Part shown: positions 26,621 through 36,308 of the stretch, one piece after another | Numbering within the stretch: the first letter of the stretch is position 1 | How the letters are laid out: every line of letters starts with the position of its first letter | Virus record (IMG/VR): IMGVR_UViG_3300034082_002556 | Origin: an uncultured virus (IMG/VR IMGVR_UViG_3300034082_002556) | Taxonomy: Duplodnaviria > Heunggongvirae > Uroviricota > Caudoviricetes | Direction: 5' to 3' (one strand) | Length of the DNA stretch: 64,000 nucleotides | The notes under the pieces: generated by a model | Databases searched by the model: none | Told to the model about the DNA's origin: nothing | What the model saw: the letters and a program-made list of their open reading frames with translations, nothing else | Program-made: the position numbers and the translations under genes

Positions 26621-28390
26621 TTATATAGAATTCGTGTCTATGTCGTTACTGTAGCTGGTAAATCCGTTTTCCTTGATAACCCGTAGTGTGTTTTCTACTC
26701 GGCTTGCCAGTTCGTCCTTGTGAGAAACCAGCCAGATTGATTTGTTTCGTTCGCGAGCCATTTGTTTCAACACACCCAGTGCAGATTCAACCCCAACTGT
26801 GTCCATGCCTGAATCAATCATCTCATCAACAAATAATACATTGATGGGTTGATACAAACTCTCCCACACATCTCGAAATGCCCAGGAGATGCCTAGGATC
26901 AGTCGATTGCGCTCGCCGCGAGATAGATTATCAAAATCTAATTCTCGGCCTAGTTCAGTAATTTCCACAGTCAGGTCATTCTGAAATACCACCTGGTGTG
27001 GCAATCCAATGCGATCCAGATAGTGTGTGAGTCTGCTGTTGAGGTAACTTAAATTCTGGTCAATGATCTTTTTGCGAACAAAACTATCCTTGCTGGTTAG
27101 CAGTTTGAGCAAGAAGTCTTGATGTTCTTGCAGTCGAGTTAGAGCATTGAGTGTATCATAAGTGATAACCTGCAATGCTTGTCCTTGCATTTCTTCTATT
27201 TGTTCTTTGTATGTGTCAACATCAGATTGTCTGCTGGATAGATCTTTGCGCAGTGTTTCTAGGCTGTTGCGATGATTCAATGCGTCTTCTAAGGTGTCGT
27301 AGAACACAACAGGGGCTGTACCAATAGGTCCTAGCTCTTTTAATTTGTCTTCATGCTCCAGTCTTTGAGACTGATTGGCCAATAACTGTAGTGCATGTTC
27401 TTGCAGTGTTTTCTGGCGTTGTTCCTTGACTGTGTCAAGACTGTTGTCGTGTATTTCAGTACCGCATGCAAAGCATTTGTGATTTGAAATCTCAACCAAG
27501 TCTTGACGGATCTGATTGACTTGTTTTTCAATTTTAGAGTTATCGGCATCGATGGATCTAATCCACTTGGTAGCATCATCAATGGATTTTTTCTTTGCAT
27601 GAAAAATCTCCAAATCACGATGAGCTTGTACTTCTGCATCAATATCGATGTGTTCTAGATCAGCAATGGCCTGCGCCAGCTTGGCAACATCGTCGTCACG
27701 TTTGGTAATCCACATTCGTTGTCGTTTACGCAAACTTTCAATTTGTTCTTCAATTCGTTTGTTGGCTTCCGACACTGCACGTATACGAAACTCTTCTTGA
27801 GTGATTGCTTCCTTGGTGGATCGGTTGAGTTCGCGAATCTTATCTGCACGTTCACTCAACAGGGTAATACCCAGCAGTTGCTCAATGATCACACGCTGAT
27901 CATTGGCTTTCAAACTCAAGAAAGGTTCGGTGTACGTGTTGAGTGCAACAATATGTCTGAACATGTCCAACGGCATGCCAAGTATGCGTTCAATGTCTGA
28001 TTGTGTTTCTCGACTGTCGCCTTGTGCTTCATCAACAGCAACTTGTTCTTCACTGTCAACATAAAATTTAAGAACATTGGGTTTGCGGCCACGCTCAATA
28101 CGATAGTCACGCCCATTGATTGCAAAGTCTAAACTCACAAACATGTTCTTACCATTAGTTCTATTGATAAGATTGTCTTTGCGAATATTTGTCAAGGCCT
28201 GACCATACAATGCATAGCTCACAGCATTGAGAATGGCTGTTTTACCAACACCGTTGCGGGCGCCATCACCTCCGAGGTCAAGATTTTCTCCCAGGACCAG
28301 CGTCAAGTCGCGACGATCAAAATCAACTGCTTGTGTGTTGTTTCCGATGCTGAGAAAGTTACGGGCTGTAATAGTTTTAATTCGAATCAT
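26621..28390 (-). CDS. gp46: Recombination endonuclease ATPase subunit (gp46/SbcC/Rad50-like)
   Basis: RNFLSIGN, NGVGKT Walker A, CxxC hook, LSRGE signature, FVDE, VSH. Confidence 0.93.
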   Translation of the reverse strand: MIRIKTITARNFLSIGNNTQAVDFDRRDLTLVLGENLDLGGDGARNGVGKTAILNAVSYALYGQALTNIRKDNLINRTNGKNMFVSLDFAINGRDYRIERGRKPNVLKFYVDSEEQVAVDEAQGDSRETQSDIERILGMPLDMFRHIVALNTYTEPFLSLKANDQRVIIEQLLGITLLSERADKIRELNRSTKEAITQEEFRIRAVSEANKRIEEQIESLRKRQRMWITKRDDDVAKLAQAIADLEHIDIDAEVQAHRDLEIFHAKKKSIDDATKWIRSIDADNSKIEKQVNQIRQDLVEISNHKCFACGTEIHDNSLDTVKEQRQKTLQEHALQLLANQSQRLEHEDKLKELGPIGTAPVVFYDTLEDALNHRNSLETLRKDLSSRQSDVDTYKEQIEEMQGQALQVITYDTLNALTRLQEHQDFLLKLLTSKDSFVRKKIIDQNLSYLNSRLTHYLDRIGLPHQVVFQNDLTVEITELGRELDFDNLSRGERNRLILGISWAFRDVWESLYQPINVLFVDEMIDSGMDTVGVESALGVLKQMARERNKSIWLVSHKDELASRVENTLRVIKENGFTSYSNDIDTNSI

Positions 28391-28953
28391 GCGTTCTTTT
28401 GTAATGTGGTCCTGATGGTATCAAGTTCATTATTGATTAACGATTTTAACATATCGCGGTTGTGGTTCACGACCGGTTGTATCTCCAATCGCATATTTTC
28501 TAATGCAGTCAGGCTAAGTTCCGAAAGGCGTTGCAATTCTTGAGCAACATGTTGTATTCGTTGTGCCACCCAAGGCAAGTCATCGTATCCTTCGTTCCAC
28601 CAGTGGCTGAATGTCTTGAACCCTAGATCTTGCATTTTCTTCAAAGTGTGCCTGGGACCAATCATCATAAAAGGCACAGCAGACACCAGTGCTTTCCAGG
28701 TTTTTTCCGTGATGCGAACATATGGATAATCACCCACTGTCTCAGTAATAACATACACTAGGGAATGTTGAAAACATGCTGGAGTAAACAACGAGTCTCT
28801 AGTGAAATCTTCAATACCTGGGTGTTGGTACTCAGCGTTGACAAACTTGTCAAGATGTTTGTTGTATACTCGCCATTGTTCTTGATCAAAGTTTTGCAAG
28901 TCATCGTTGATGCGGGTGAACGGGGAAGTGATTCTTAGTGGTCCGTGATTCAT
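28387..28953 (-). CDS. Glycosyltransferase-like C-terminal domain protein
   Basis: VITET....ITEKTWK.....PF...G....L..LGFKTF..W-E-YD (GT10-like motif). Confidence 0.55.
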   Translation of the reverse strand: MNHGPLRITSPFTRINDDLQNFDQEQWRVYNKHLDKFVNAEYQHPGIEDFTRDSLFTPACFQHSLVYVITETVGDYPYVRITEKTWKALVSAVPFMMIGPRHTLKKMQDLGFKTFSHWWNEGYDDLPWVAQRIQHVAQELQRLSELSLTALENMRLEIQPVVNHNRDMLKSLINNELDTIRTTLQKNA

Positions 28954-29618
28954 GGCTTCATGGCCGCCTTGTCAAGATAATGATTAAATGTCACAAAGTA
29001 TGACAGCATGCCGTGGTTCAACAATCCTAATTCAGCAAGCCAACATAACAATAGAAGTCGGTGCGATCTCTTTTGGCCATTGAAACATGTGTACAAGTGT
29101 GATATAGGCAACAGTGGATGCTTGACAGCATGGGTAGTATCCAACTTCTCCAGTTGAGGAAAGTCGTACCAGTAATGAGTGCGTATTACCACAGGTGGTT
29201 CTGAATTACACAGTGTTCTAGCAGCCAACTTAACTTCTTCTTCGAGTCCGTATAGATTGGTGAGAATGAGTATTTTCTCACATGGTAACCCAAAGTCAGA
29301 TACCAATCTAAAAAAATTGTACAGAGTATTGCCCATGCTGTTGATTGATGGGTAATAGTCAGTGTCGTGATGTATTATTAGTAGTCGTTGATTGTGACCA
29401 AACGTTGTATTGCGAAATTGCCAAAGTTGATCAGCTAGTTGATCCATCTGATGATCGTAATCAACTAAATTGAATGTGGCCACGATCTCGTGGTGTTCTT
29501 CAATTACATCCATCACCTCTTGTTTGAGTCTAGTAGAATAAAACGTATCAAAGCTGGATATTTGTATACGTTGTAATTCTTCAAGTTCTTCAGGAGTTAA
29601 ATCTTTTCTCACAGACAT
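28950..29618 (-). CDS. Hypothetical protein (possible N-terminal half of a glycosyltransferase-like protein)
   Basis: YTCFNG--R-HR--L---L---GLL--G--SY near the C-terminus. Confidence 0.5.
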   Translation of the reverse strand: MSVRKDLTPEELEELQRIQISSFDTFYSTRLKQEVMDVIEEHHEIVATFNLVDYDHQMDQLADQLWQFRNTTFGHNQRLLIIHHDTDYYPSINSMGNTLYNFFRLVSDFGLPCEKILILTNLYGLEEEVKLAARTLCNSEPPVVIRTHYWYDFPQLEKLDTTHAVKHPLLPISHLYTCFNGQKRSHRLLLLCWLAELGLLNHGMLSYFVTFNHYLDKAAMKP

Positions 29619-30625
29619 TGATAAACCTGTAGCAATAGCTTTGGGTCATAAAAATCTGATTCAATCTTGGTAATTTGATCAATCACAATTTGATCAACTG
29701 ACTCAAATTTAACCTGCCCGGGACTCAGGTCTTCTTCAACTCCGGCTCGTTTGTTAGCAATCAATGCCATTTCACGCAAATTGTATTTTTGCACAAACGT
29801 GTCTTTGATATAATTGGCTTCCTCGTAAGAAATTTCAATGTCTAACTGAACTCGCACATGCATTCGTGGTGCCAAAATTGTATCAGCATTGTCAATTACA
29901 TTTGACAAATTGTACGATCTGTAAGTGGGTTGATTGTCCCAGACAAAGTACTCTGGCTCTTGGCCCCATTCAAGAATCATCATACCACGTGCGTCATCTC
30001 CTGCATCAGAAAAGTTGTGCGGGAACGCATTTCCAATGTAGCTAACATTTCGTTTGTGTTGTCGTAGATGAAAATGCCCAGAAAAAACAGAATCAAATCC
30101 ACCAAAGCTATCAACTCTAAGTTCGCCGTGATCTGGCATCTCTACCATGGCATTCATCTTGAAGCTTGGCAGTTCAAAATGCCCAAACATGTACTTGCCT
30201 TTTAGCTTGGCAATTTTTTTGTGATCATCGCCAATCAACCAAGGAGCAATCACTACATCACCTTGATTGAACCAGTCATTGCAGATCACAATGTTTGGTA
30301 AATGCTTGGCCCACTCGGCCCCGTGAATATCTCGTTTGTCACGATAGTACAGGTCGTGATTCCCGGGAATAAAGTAAAATTTTTCAAATGCAGCCGACAA
30401 CTTTTCAAGTGCTCTAACACTGAATTGCAGTGTTTGCAAATTGATTGACGCTCGGTGGTTGTGCCAGTCACCTAGAAACATTCCAGTCTCGCATCCCTCG
30501 GCTTGAGCCTTGCTGATAAACCAGTCTACAAACTGGTCACAGTCCTGATTGTGCACAAGACTATTGGACTTTAGACCCCAGTGGATGTCGGTGAATACTG
30601 CTGTTTTTTTAAATAGATTTGCCAT
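29609..30625 (-). CDS. gp47: Recombination endonuclease nuclease subunit (gp47/SbcD/Mre11-like)
   Basis: TDIHWG, LGDWH, GNHD, GHFE, SGHFH metallophosphoesterase motifs. Confidence 0.93.
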   Translation of the reverse strand: MANLFKKTAVFTDIHWGLKSNSLVHNQDCDQFVDWFISKAQAEGCETGMFLGDWHNHRASINLQTLQFSVRALEKLSAAFEKFYFIPGNHDLYYRDKRDIHGAEWAKHLPNIVICNDWFNQGDVVIAPWLIGDDHKKIAKLKGKYMFGHFELPSFKMNAMVEMPDHGELRVDSFGGFDSVFSGHFHLRQHKRNVSYIGNAFPHNFSDAGDDARGMMILEWGQEPEYFVWDNQPTYRSYNLSNVIDNADTILAPRMHVRVQLDIEISYEEANYIKDTFVQKYNLREMALIANKRAGVEEDLSPGQVKFESVDQIVIDQITKIESDFYDPKLLLQVYQCL

Positions 30626-30631
30626 TCTGTT

Positions 30632-30660
30632 ATTATACATTATTCAATGTTGATACTCAA
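30632..30660 (-). promoter_or_regulatory. Sigma70-like promoter TTGAGT-17-TATAAT, likely giving a leaderless gp47 mRNA
   Basis: -10 box ends 6 nt before the ATG at 30625. Confidence 0.55.
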
Positions 30661-30729
30661 GTCAATTGGCAAGATACCTCAGATGAGGTAAATGCAAACT
30701 GCGGTCAACTGACTATCCAGTTGGTAACA

Positions 30730-31611
30730 TTATTCAGGATTGATAGTTACTTCGCCAGGCGCACTTGCTGGCGATTTGGAAAATTGTCTTGACCATGATG
30801 GGCTCAATCCGTTCATTTCCAAGATATCGTCACGGATGTTTTGCATTTTTTTCTCGATGTTTAGGACACGAGTGAAACTATTAGTGATAGCGGCAGTATA
30901 ATACGCAAAAGGGTTCTGCGATTTTGACTCATCAAACTGGAGTCCGATTTGACTGAGTTGTAGCAAGGCTTGTCCTCGCATTTCTTCGTTGTAGGTGTAT
31001 CCACGCCAATTACTCCTTGTAGCATATCTTTCGCACAGCTTCATAAACATTGTGGCTAGTTTACGAGTCATGTTACCGTGATCTCTGCTGTAGCTGCCAG
31101 TGGTTAAGTCTCCGATCCAGTGGCTTTTGCCCACAATGTATGGAATCTTGTGATCTGTGATTCGATAGTGAAAAAACGGGGGGAAGTTGACTCTAACATG
31201 CACTGGATCAAGTACTGGCTCGTCAACAAGATCATCTAACGGATCTTCAGAGGGCAGTTCTTCAAACCCCAGGATGTCTTCAATTTTTTTCTTTTTGATT
31301 TTTGATTTAGGAACTTTTTTAGCTGCCATGGGAATATGCTCCCAGGTCATGATGCGGAACACCAAATCTGTGTTATTCAGTTTCTTTTCGTTTACTGCAA
31401 CGCCTGTTTCTTTTGTGAGTCGAGCCGCACGATTTCTGCGAGCTTCTGCAACAGTCTTTTGATTGATTTTGCTAACAGACGATAAAATAATATCATACTG
31501 ATGATCAGTAACTGGATCTAGATAGCTACAGTAGGTATTTTTGCTTGCGTGTATTTCTTTTAACAAATCTCGATTGTTGAGATAGTTAACTCTTGGTGGA
31601 GTGGTTGACAA
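30730..31611 (-). CDS. gp55: Late-transcription sigma factor (gp55-like)
   Basis: NYLNN--LL, NWRGYTY-EEM---A, FD--KS-NPFAY-T----NSF-R----EKK; TTG start after AGGAG. Confidence 0.88.
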   Translation of the reverse strand: MSTTPPRVNYLNNRDLLKEIHASKNTYCSYLDPVTDHQYDIILSSVSKINQKTVAEARRNRAARLTKETGVAVNEKKLNNTDLVFRIMTWEHIPMAAKKVPKSKIKKKKIEDILGFEELPSEDPLDDLVDEPVLDPVHVRVNFPPFFHYRITDHKIPYIVGKSHWIGDLTTGSYSRDHGNMTRKLATMFMKLCERYATRSNWRGYTYNEEMRGQALLQLSQIGLQFDESKSQNPFAYYTAAITNSFTRVLNIEKKMQNIRDDILEMNGLSPSWSRQFSKSPASAPGEVTINPE

Positions 31612-31630
31612 AGTGGATCTCCTATTCTTG

Positions 31631-31663
31631 TATTTATTATAGCACATTTTGTGTAGATGTCAA
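31631..31663 (-). promoter_or_regulatory. Consensus sigma70 promoter TTGACA-16-TATAAT overlapping a late ATAAATA box
   Basis: Plus strand reads tgtcaa at 31658-31663, attata at 31636-31641 and tatttat at 31631-31637. Confidence 0.75.
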
Positions 31664-31722
31664 CCTTTTTATAAACTACGCGGTTTAAAACGTAGGTAAA
31701 TATCGTATTAGGACAATATACC

Positions 31723-32991
31723 ATGGCAATACCAGACCCAGTAGGAACAGACGATCCAGAAGTTGCTGCCGAACTAGCGGCAGCAGAGAGATTGGCCGCC
31801 GAGATAGCAGGCCCGCGCAGTACCGACGAAGATGTTAGTAACACAGCTGGTTATCCCGAAAGCGTTTTTGATCCAACTTTTGGCGGCCTCTTGCTGTCTC
31901 CAGAAGAAGTCGATGCTGAACTAGAAAGAGCCGCAGCCGAAGGTATTGAAAACTCCTTGCCCGAACCGCCTGATGATGAAACCAGCTACTATCCACGTGG
32001 CGCCAATGGCACAGCCTTTGATGATGATGGAAATCTAAACCCAGGGTTTAGAATCAACCCTGAAACTGGCGAAGCATATTTCGCTGGTGACGGATTTATT
32101 GATCCCGAAACACTAGCCAGCGCCGAGGCCAGTCGTGGAGCGGCATTGACTCAAGCAGCCACCATACGAGCACGCAGCCAAGCCGCAATCGAATCTCAGC
32201 GCAAGCAAGCCAACAACGGTGACTGGCGTGTTAAATTGAGATTGGCCGGAGCATCAAATTATCTGTACAATGATCCAGAGATCACTCAAGATGGCATTTT
32301 GTATCCACTCCAAGTCACAGATGGTGTTATATTTCCTTATACTCCTACCATTCAGACCACATACGGAGCAAACTACAGCAGTTATGATCTAACACACTCT
32401 AACTATCGAGGCCACTTTTATCAAAACAGCTATGTTGACGATATCTCAATCTCGGCAATGTTCACAGCACAAGACACTAGTGAGGCAAACTATTTGCTGG
32501 CAGTGATTCACTTTTTCAAGAGTGTTACAAAAATGTTTTACGGACAGGATGCTCAGCGAGGACTACCGCCACCGCTTGTGTTCCTGCAAGGCCTTGGTGA
32601 ATACCAGTTTAATTTGCACCCATGCGTGGTAAAAGCCTTTAACTACAACTTGCCAGCAGATGTTGATTATATTCGTGCACGAAGTGTAAATCTTGATGGC
32701 ACTAGTTTGCTTCAGCGCAGAGATCGACAAAGTTTACCGACTACGGGCGCAGGATCAGCTCTGGCATCGTTGATTAGATTGGCCAATGCTGGACTTAACG
32801 GATTGAAGCCAGGTGCTCTAAACTCACCTCCCGCACCAACTACGTTGGGAACAAACGCCCCAACCTATGTTCCTACAAAAATGGACATAACACTAACTCT
32901 AATGCCAATACAGACTCGACAACAAGTTAGTCAACAGTTTAGTCTTAAAAACTTTGCCAATGGCAACTTGCTCAAGGGAGGATTCTGGTAA
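31723..32991 (+). CDS. Baseplate/tail-tube initiator-like protein (gp48/gp54-type)
   Basis: GVIFPYTP-I, FTAQ---EA-Y-LA--HF, G-PPP-V-L-G-G, PCVV--F---LP--VDY; first gene of the baseplate module. Confidence 0.6.
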   Translation: MAIPDPVGTDDPEVAAELAAAERLAAEIAGPRSTDEDVSNTAGYPESVFDPTFGGLLLSPEEVDAELERAAAEGIENSLPEPPDDETSYYPRGANGTAFDDDGNLNPGFRINPETGEAYFAGDGFIDPETLASAEASRGAALTQAATIRARSQAAIESQRKQANNGDWRVKLRLAGASNYLYNDPEITQDGILYPLQVTDGVIFPYTPTIQTTYGANYSSYDLTHSNYRGHFYQNSYVDDISISAMFTAQDTSEANYLLAVIHFFKSVTKMFYGQDAQRGLPPPLVFLQGLGEYQFNLHPCVVKAFNYNLPADVDYIRARSVNLDGTSLLQRRDRQSLPTTGAGSALASLIRLANAGLNGLKPGALNSPPAPTTLGTNAPTYVPTKMDITLTLMPIQTRQQVSQQFSLKNFANGNLLKGGFW

Positions 32992-33290
32992 TGGCCAATT
33001 ATACTGCAACTAGCCCATATTTTTTAACACCGTACACTCAGTTTTATTTGGACAGCATGGTCAATCGATCTTTCCCCAGAGAAAGTGATGACGTGTTTTT
33101 CAAACTCAATCAGACATATCAGTACCGGCCTGATTTGCTGGCATTTGACTTGTATGCTGACGCTGGCTTGTGGTGGGTTTTTTATCAGCGAAACCCAAAT
33201 ACATTAACTGCACCACCTTGGGATTTTGAAGCTGGCAAAACAATCTACCTGCCTAAGATTACCACGCTACGTTCAACTTTGGGATTTTAA
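32991..33290 (+). CDS. gp53: Baseplate wedge protein (gp53/LysM-like)
   Basis: YRPDLLAFDLY----LWWVF--RN....G--IYLP. Confidence 0.7.
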   Translation: MANYTATSPYFLTPYTQFYLDSMVNRSFPRESDDVFFKLNQTYQYRPDLLAFDLYADAGLWWVFYQRNPNTLTAPPWDFEAGKTIYLPKITTLRSTLGF

Positions 33291-33293
33291 ACA

Positions 33294-36293
33294 ATGGCTG
33301 CTTTACCTAGTAATGTCACAGCACAAGCTGAACGTGCGTTAAGTCTGGCCCGCAAATTTGCAGTTTTTGGAGAACCCGGCTATGCACAAACTATAGCAGC
33401 CTTGGAAGCGGCAAGATCGGCAGTGGAAGCGGCGTCTAGTATAAGCCCATCATCGGCACAGTATTGGATAACACAATTAACCAATGTCATAGCCGAAACC
33501 AACGCTGCCGAGCTTCAGTCTGGCTCACGTGGTGGTGAAATTACCAGTGCAGGTCAAACGGTAATTGCTGCTCAGGCAGCAAGAGACAACGGAGCTTCCG
33601 CACAAGATCCTCCAGTGCCGGTGGTAACAGGCGGCGCAAACTCAGACGATGCAGCACCATCCAACTCTGCAAACTTCAGTAATGCTGACAGATTTGTACC
33701 TGACTCAGACATTGGTACCGATGGCCGAATCAGAACCACAACTGAAACACAGGCCACACCCCCGGGCACCAATTCATCAACATCGTTAACCTCAATTGGT
33801 GGTGCCAATCCTTCTGACGAAGAAAATGTAACCGACCTTGGCGAAATTGTGATTACAGCCGCACGAGAACCCGGTGCAGGCGCCGCAAGTGATGATGGCA
33901 CAACCGCTGGCATAATTGCGGCAGGTGCAACGGACCAGTCACAGCTTCAAGTGTCGGGCAGTAATGCAATAACAACTTTGGTTAATAAAACTGCTAGACC
34001 TATTGTGCCTCGTCCCAACGTGCTAGATAGATACAGCAGTTACACTTATTCAATCAGCATATACTTGATGAGTCCAGACGACTACTCTAGATTGTTGACC
34101 ACAAAAAAACGATTCATTCCGGGATACCAACTGTTAATGCAAAGTGGCGGCGCTCCAGGCAATGTAACACAAACTTCAGTTGACACAACCATTAATGGAT
34201 TAACATTTGATTCTGGAAATACCAGCAAAGGACGCAATCAATTTTTTCCACTAGATTACTATCTAGATGATGTTGAAGTCAAAAGTGTAATTCACGGGAA
34301 AGGCACAAATGCCGCACACAATGTAGTTGAACTTAAATTTAAAATCACAGAACCAAACGGAATCACATTGCTGGACAATTTGTACAAGGCTGTGCAAAAC
34401 TACGTTACCGTAGGCGGCGGCGCATCTAAAGCAACTGCGGCTGCAAACTATGCCGCCCAGAACTATCTAATGGTGATTCGCTATTACGGATATGATGAAA
34501 ATGGCAATATAGCCAAACCACTTAGCTCAACTGGTAATAGATCAGACACAAATGCAATTTTGGAAAAATTTATTCCGTTTCAGTTCTCGGGCATAAAATT
34601 TAGAATATCTAATAGACTTACTGAATACTCATGTGAAGCTGTGTGTCCGCAAAATGCAATTGCAACTAGTCAAGGACGAGGTGTCATTCCTTTCAACATT
34701 GAACTCACTGCAACAACATTACAAAATTTGTTTTCAGGCAACGAAACATGGACCGCAACTAAAAATAGACAACAGACTGATCGAACACAACAAAGTCCAG
34801 TCACTGCGCCATCTAATGCAGCCGCGGCCCCAGATGTGAGTTTGGCCACTGGACTGGCACAGGCCTTGAACAAGTACCAGGCAGAGCTGGTCAAGCAAGG
34901 AACATACGAAGTTGCTGATGTGTATAAAATTATTATCAGTCATCCCGAGTTGGCAAATGCCAGCATAGTTCCGCCAACCATTACAGATTTAAAAACCAAG
35001 CCCATGACACAGGCTACTACAGCAGCTCAAGCAATTGATACCAATGCTCAAACAGTCAATACTCGAGCCAAAACAGTCAGCGCAACAGCTGGTATGAGTT
35101 TGACTCAGTTTATTGATCTAGCAGTGCGTAGCAGTGACTATGTTTACAAACAACAGAATAAAATTATTGATCAAAACGGCAAAGAAATACCTCAAGGTGC
35201 AGGCGCAAAGGCATTTGCCTGGTATCGAATTGGCACACAGGCTAAACCATTAAAACAAGACAACAAACGAAACGACACTGCATATGAGATAACTTATGAA
35301 ATTGCTCCTTATGGCATCAATGACATCAAGAGTGATTATTTTCCCAAGGGTGTGTTCCGTGGTGCTCAAAAAAGATATGCCTATTGGTTCACAGGAGAGA
35401 ATACATCTGTATTGAATTTTGAGCAAGATTTTAATTACCTGTATTACATCACCATCAACAGTCGCACAAGAGCCACCGTCAGCAGTCGAGGCACAGCGGA
35501 CTATCGAGAAATTGAAAAGAGACTGTTTTCGCCCAACAGCCCACAGACAAACCAAGGCCTTGAGGGTGATGCAAACGAACCAGGCGCAAACGCCGCTGAT
35601 TATTTGTACAGCCCGGGAGATCAAAGTCGTGTAAAGTTAACCATTCTTGGGGATCCTGCTTGGATTGAGCAAGGAGAAGTATGGTCAGGGGTGCGTAGCA
35701 CCGGGAACTCTAGTAACGAATCAACTGATGTATACTTTGATGCGTTCCTGTCAGATGATACCATTAATTTTGATTCACGTGAAGCTTTATTTGAAGTATC
35801 GTTTAACAAGCCGGCTGATTATAATTTATCAACAGGAGTTATTGATCTTAAGGGCACCGGCGGAGCAGCCACACAAACATACATCTACAAAGCTGTTACT
35901 GTGGTCAGTAACTTCAGGAAAGGAAGTTTTACACAGGATCTTGAAGGAGTAATGTTGGTGTTCCCAGATTCAGTAACAACAACTAAAAAACTTGTTGAAC
36001 AAAACGGGGCAACAAATCAAGGTGCATCCTCTACGGACTCTAGAAATCAACCCGATGAGTCTGCAGCCGAGACAGCTAGACTTGCTCGCCTAGCTGGCGC
36101 CGCTGGATCATTAACGCCTAGTCCTGAAGTGGTATATACTGATCCAATGGGCAGTGACGATGGATCAGCAATAATGAATGCCGTGGAAGAAAGACAACGA
36201 TTGTCACCCCCACCAACTCCAGTTGGCGCAACACTACCCACTGATGTTGGCGTATACACTGATGCATCAGATGGAATTGTAAGAGACGAATAA
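33294..36293 (+). CDS. Baseplate hub protein (gp27-like) with low-complexity termini
   Basis: Located before gp5; F-ITEP-G, LTILGDP, Y----V-S-F--G-FTQ-L. Confidence 0.55.
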   Translation: MAALPSNVTAQAERALSLARKFAVFGEPGYAQTIAALEAARSAVEAASSISPSSAQYWITQLTNVIAETNAAELQSGSRGGEITSAGQTVIAAQAARDNGASAQDPPVPVVTGGANSDDAAPSNSANFSNADRFVPDSDIGTDGRIRTTTETQATPPGTNSSTSLTSIGGANPSDEENVTDLGEIVITAAREPGAGAASDDGTTAGIIAAGATDQSQLQVSGSNAITTLVNKTARPIVPRPNVLDRYSSYTYSISIYLMSPDDYSRLLTTKKRFIPGYQLLMQSGGAPGNVTQTSVDTTINGLTFDSGNTSKGRNQFFPLDYYLDDVEVKSVIHGKGTNAAHNVVELKFKITEPNGITLLDNLYKAVQNYVTVGGGASKATAAANYAAQNYLMVIRYYGYDENGNIAKPLSSTGNRSDTNAILEKFIPFQFSGIKFRISNRLTEYSCEAVCPQNAIATSQGRGVIPFNIELTATTLQNLFSGNETWTATKNRQQTDRTQQSPVTAPSNAAAAPDVSLATGLAQALNKYQAELVKQGTYEVADVYKIIISHPELANASIVPPTITDLKTKPMTQATTAAQAIDTNAQTVNTRAKTVSATAGMSLTQFIDLAVRSSDYVYKQQNKIIDQNGKEIPQGAGAKAFAWYRIGTQAKPLKQDNKRNDTAYEITYEIAPYGINDIKSDYFPKGVFRGAQKRYAYWFTGENTSVLNFEQDFNYLYYITINSRTRATVSSRGTADYREIEKRLFSPNSPQTNQGLEGDANEPGANAADYLYSPGDQSRVKLTILGDPAWIEQGEVWSGVRSTGNSSNESTDVYFDAFLSDDTINFDSREALFEVSFNKPADYNLSTGVIDLKGTGGAATQTYIYKAVTVVSNFRKGSFTQDLEGVMLVFPDSVTTTKKLVEQNGATNQGASSTDSRNQPDESAAETARLARLAGAAGSLTPSPEVVYTDPMGSDDGSAIMNAVEERQRLSPPPTPVGATLPTDVGVYTDASDGIVRDE

Positions 36294-36308
36294 TAGGAAA
36301 CCCGCAGA

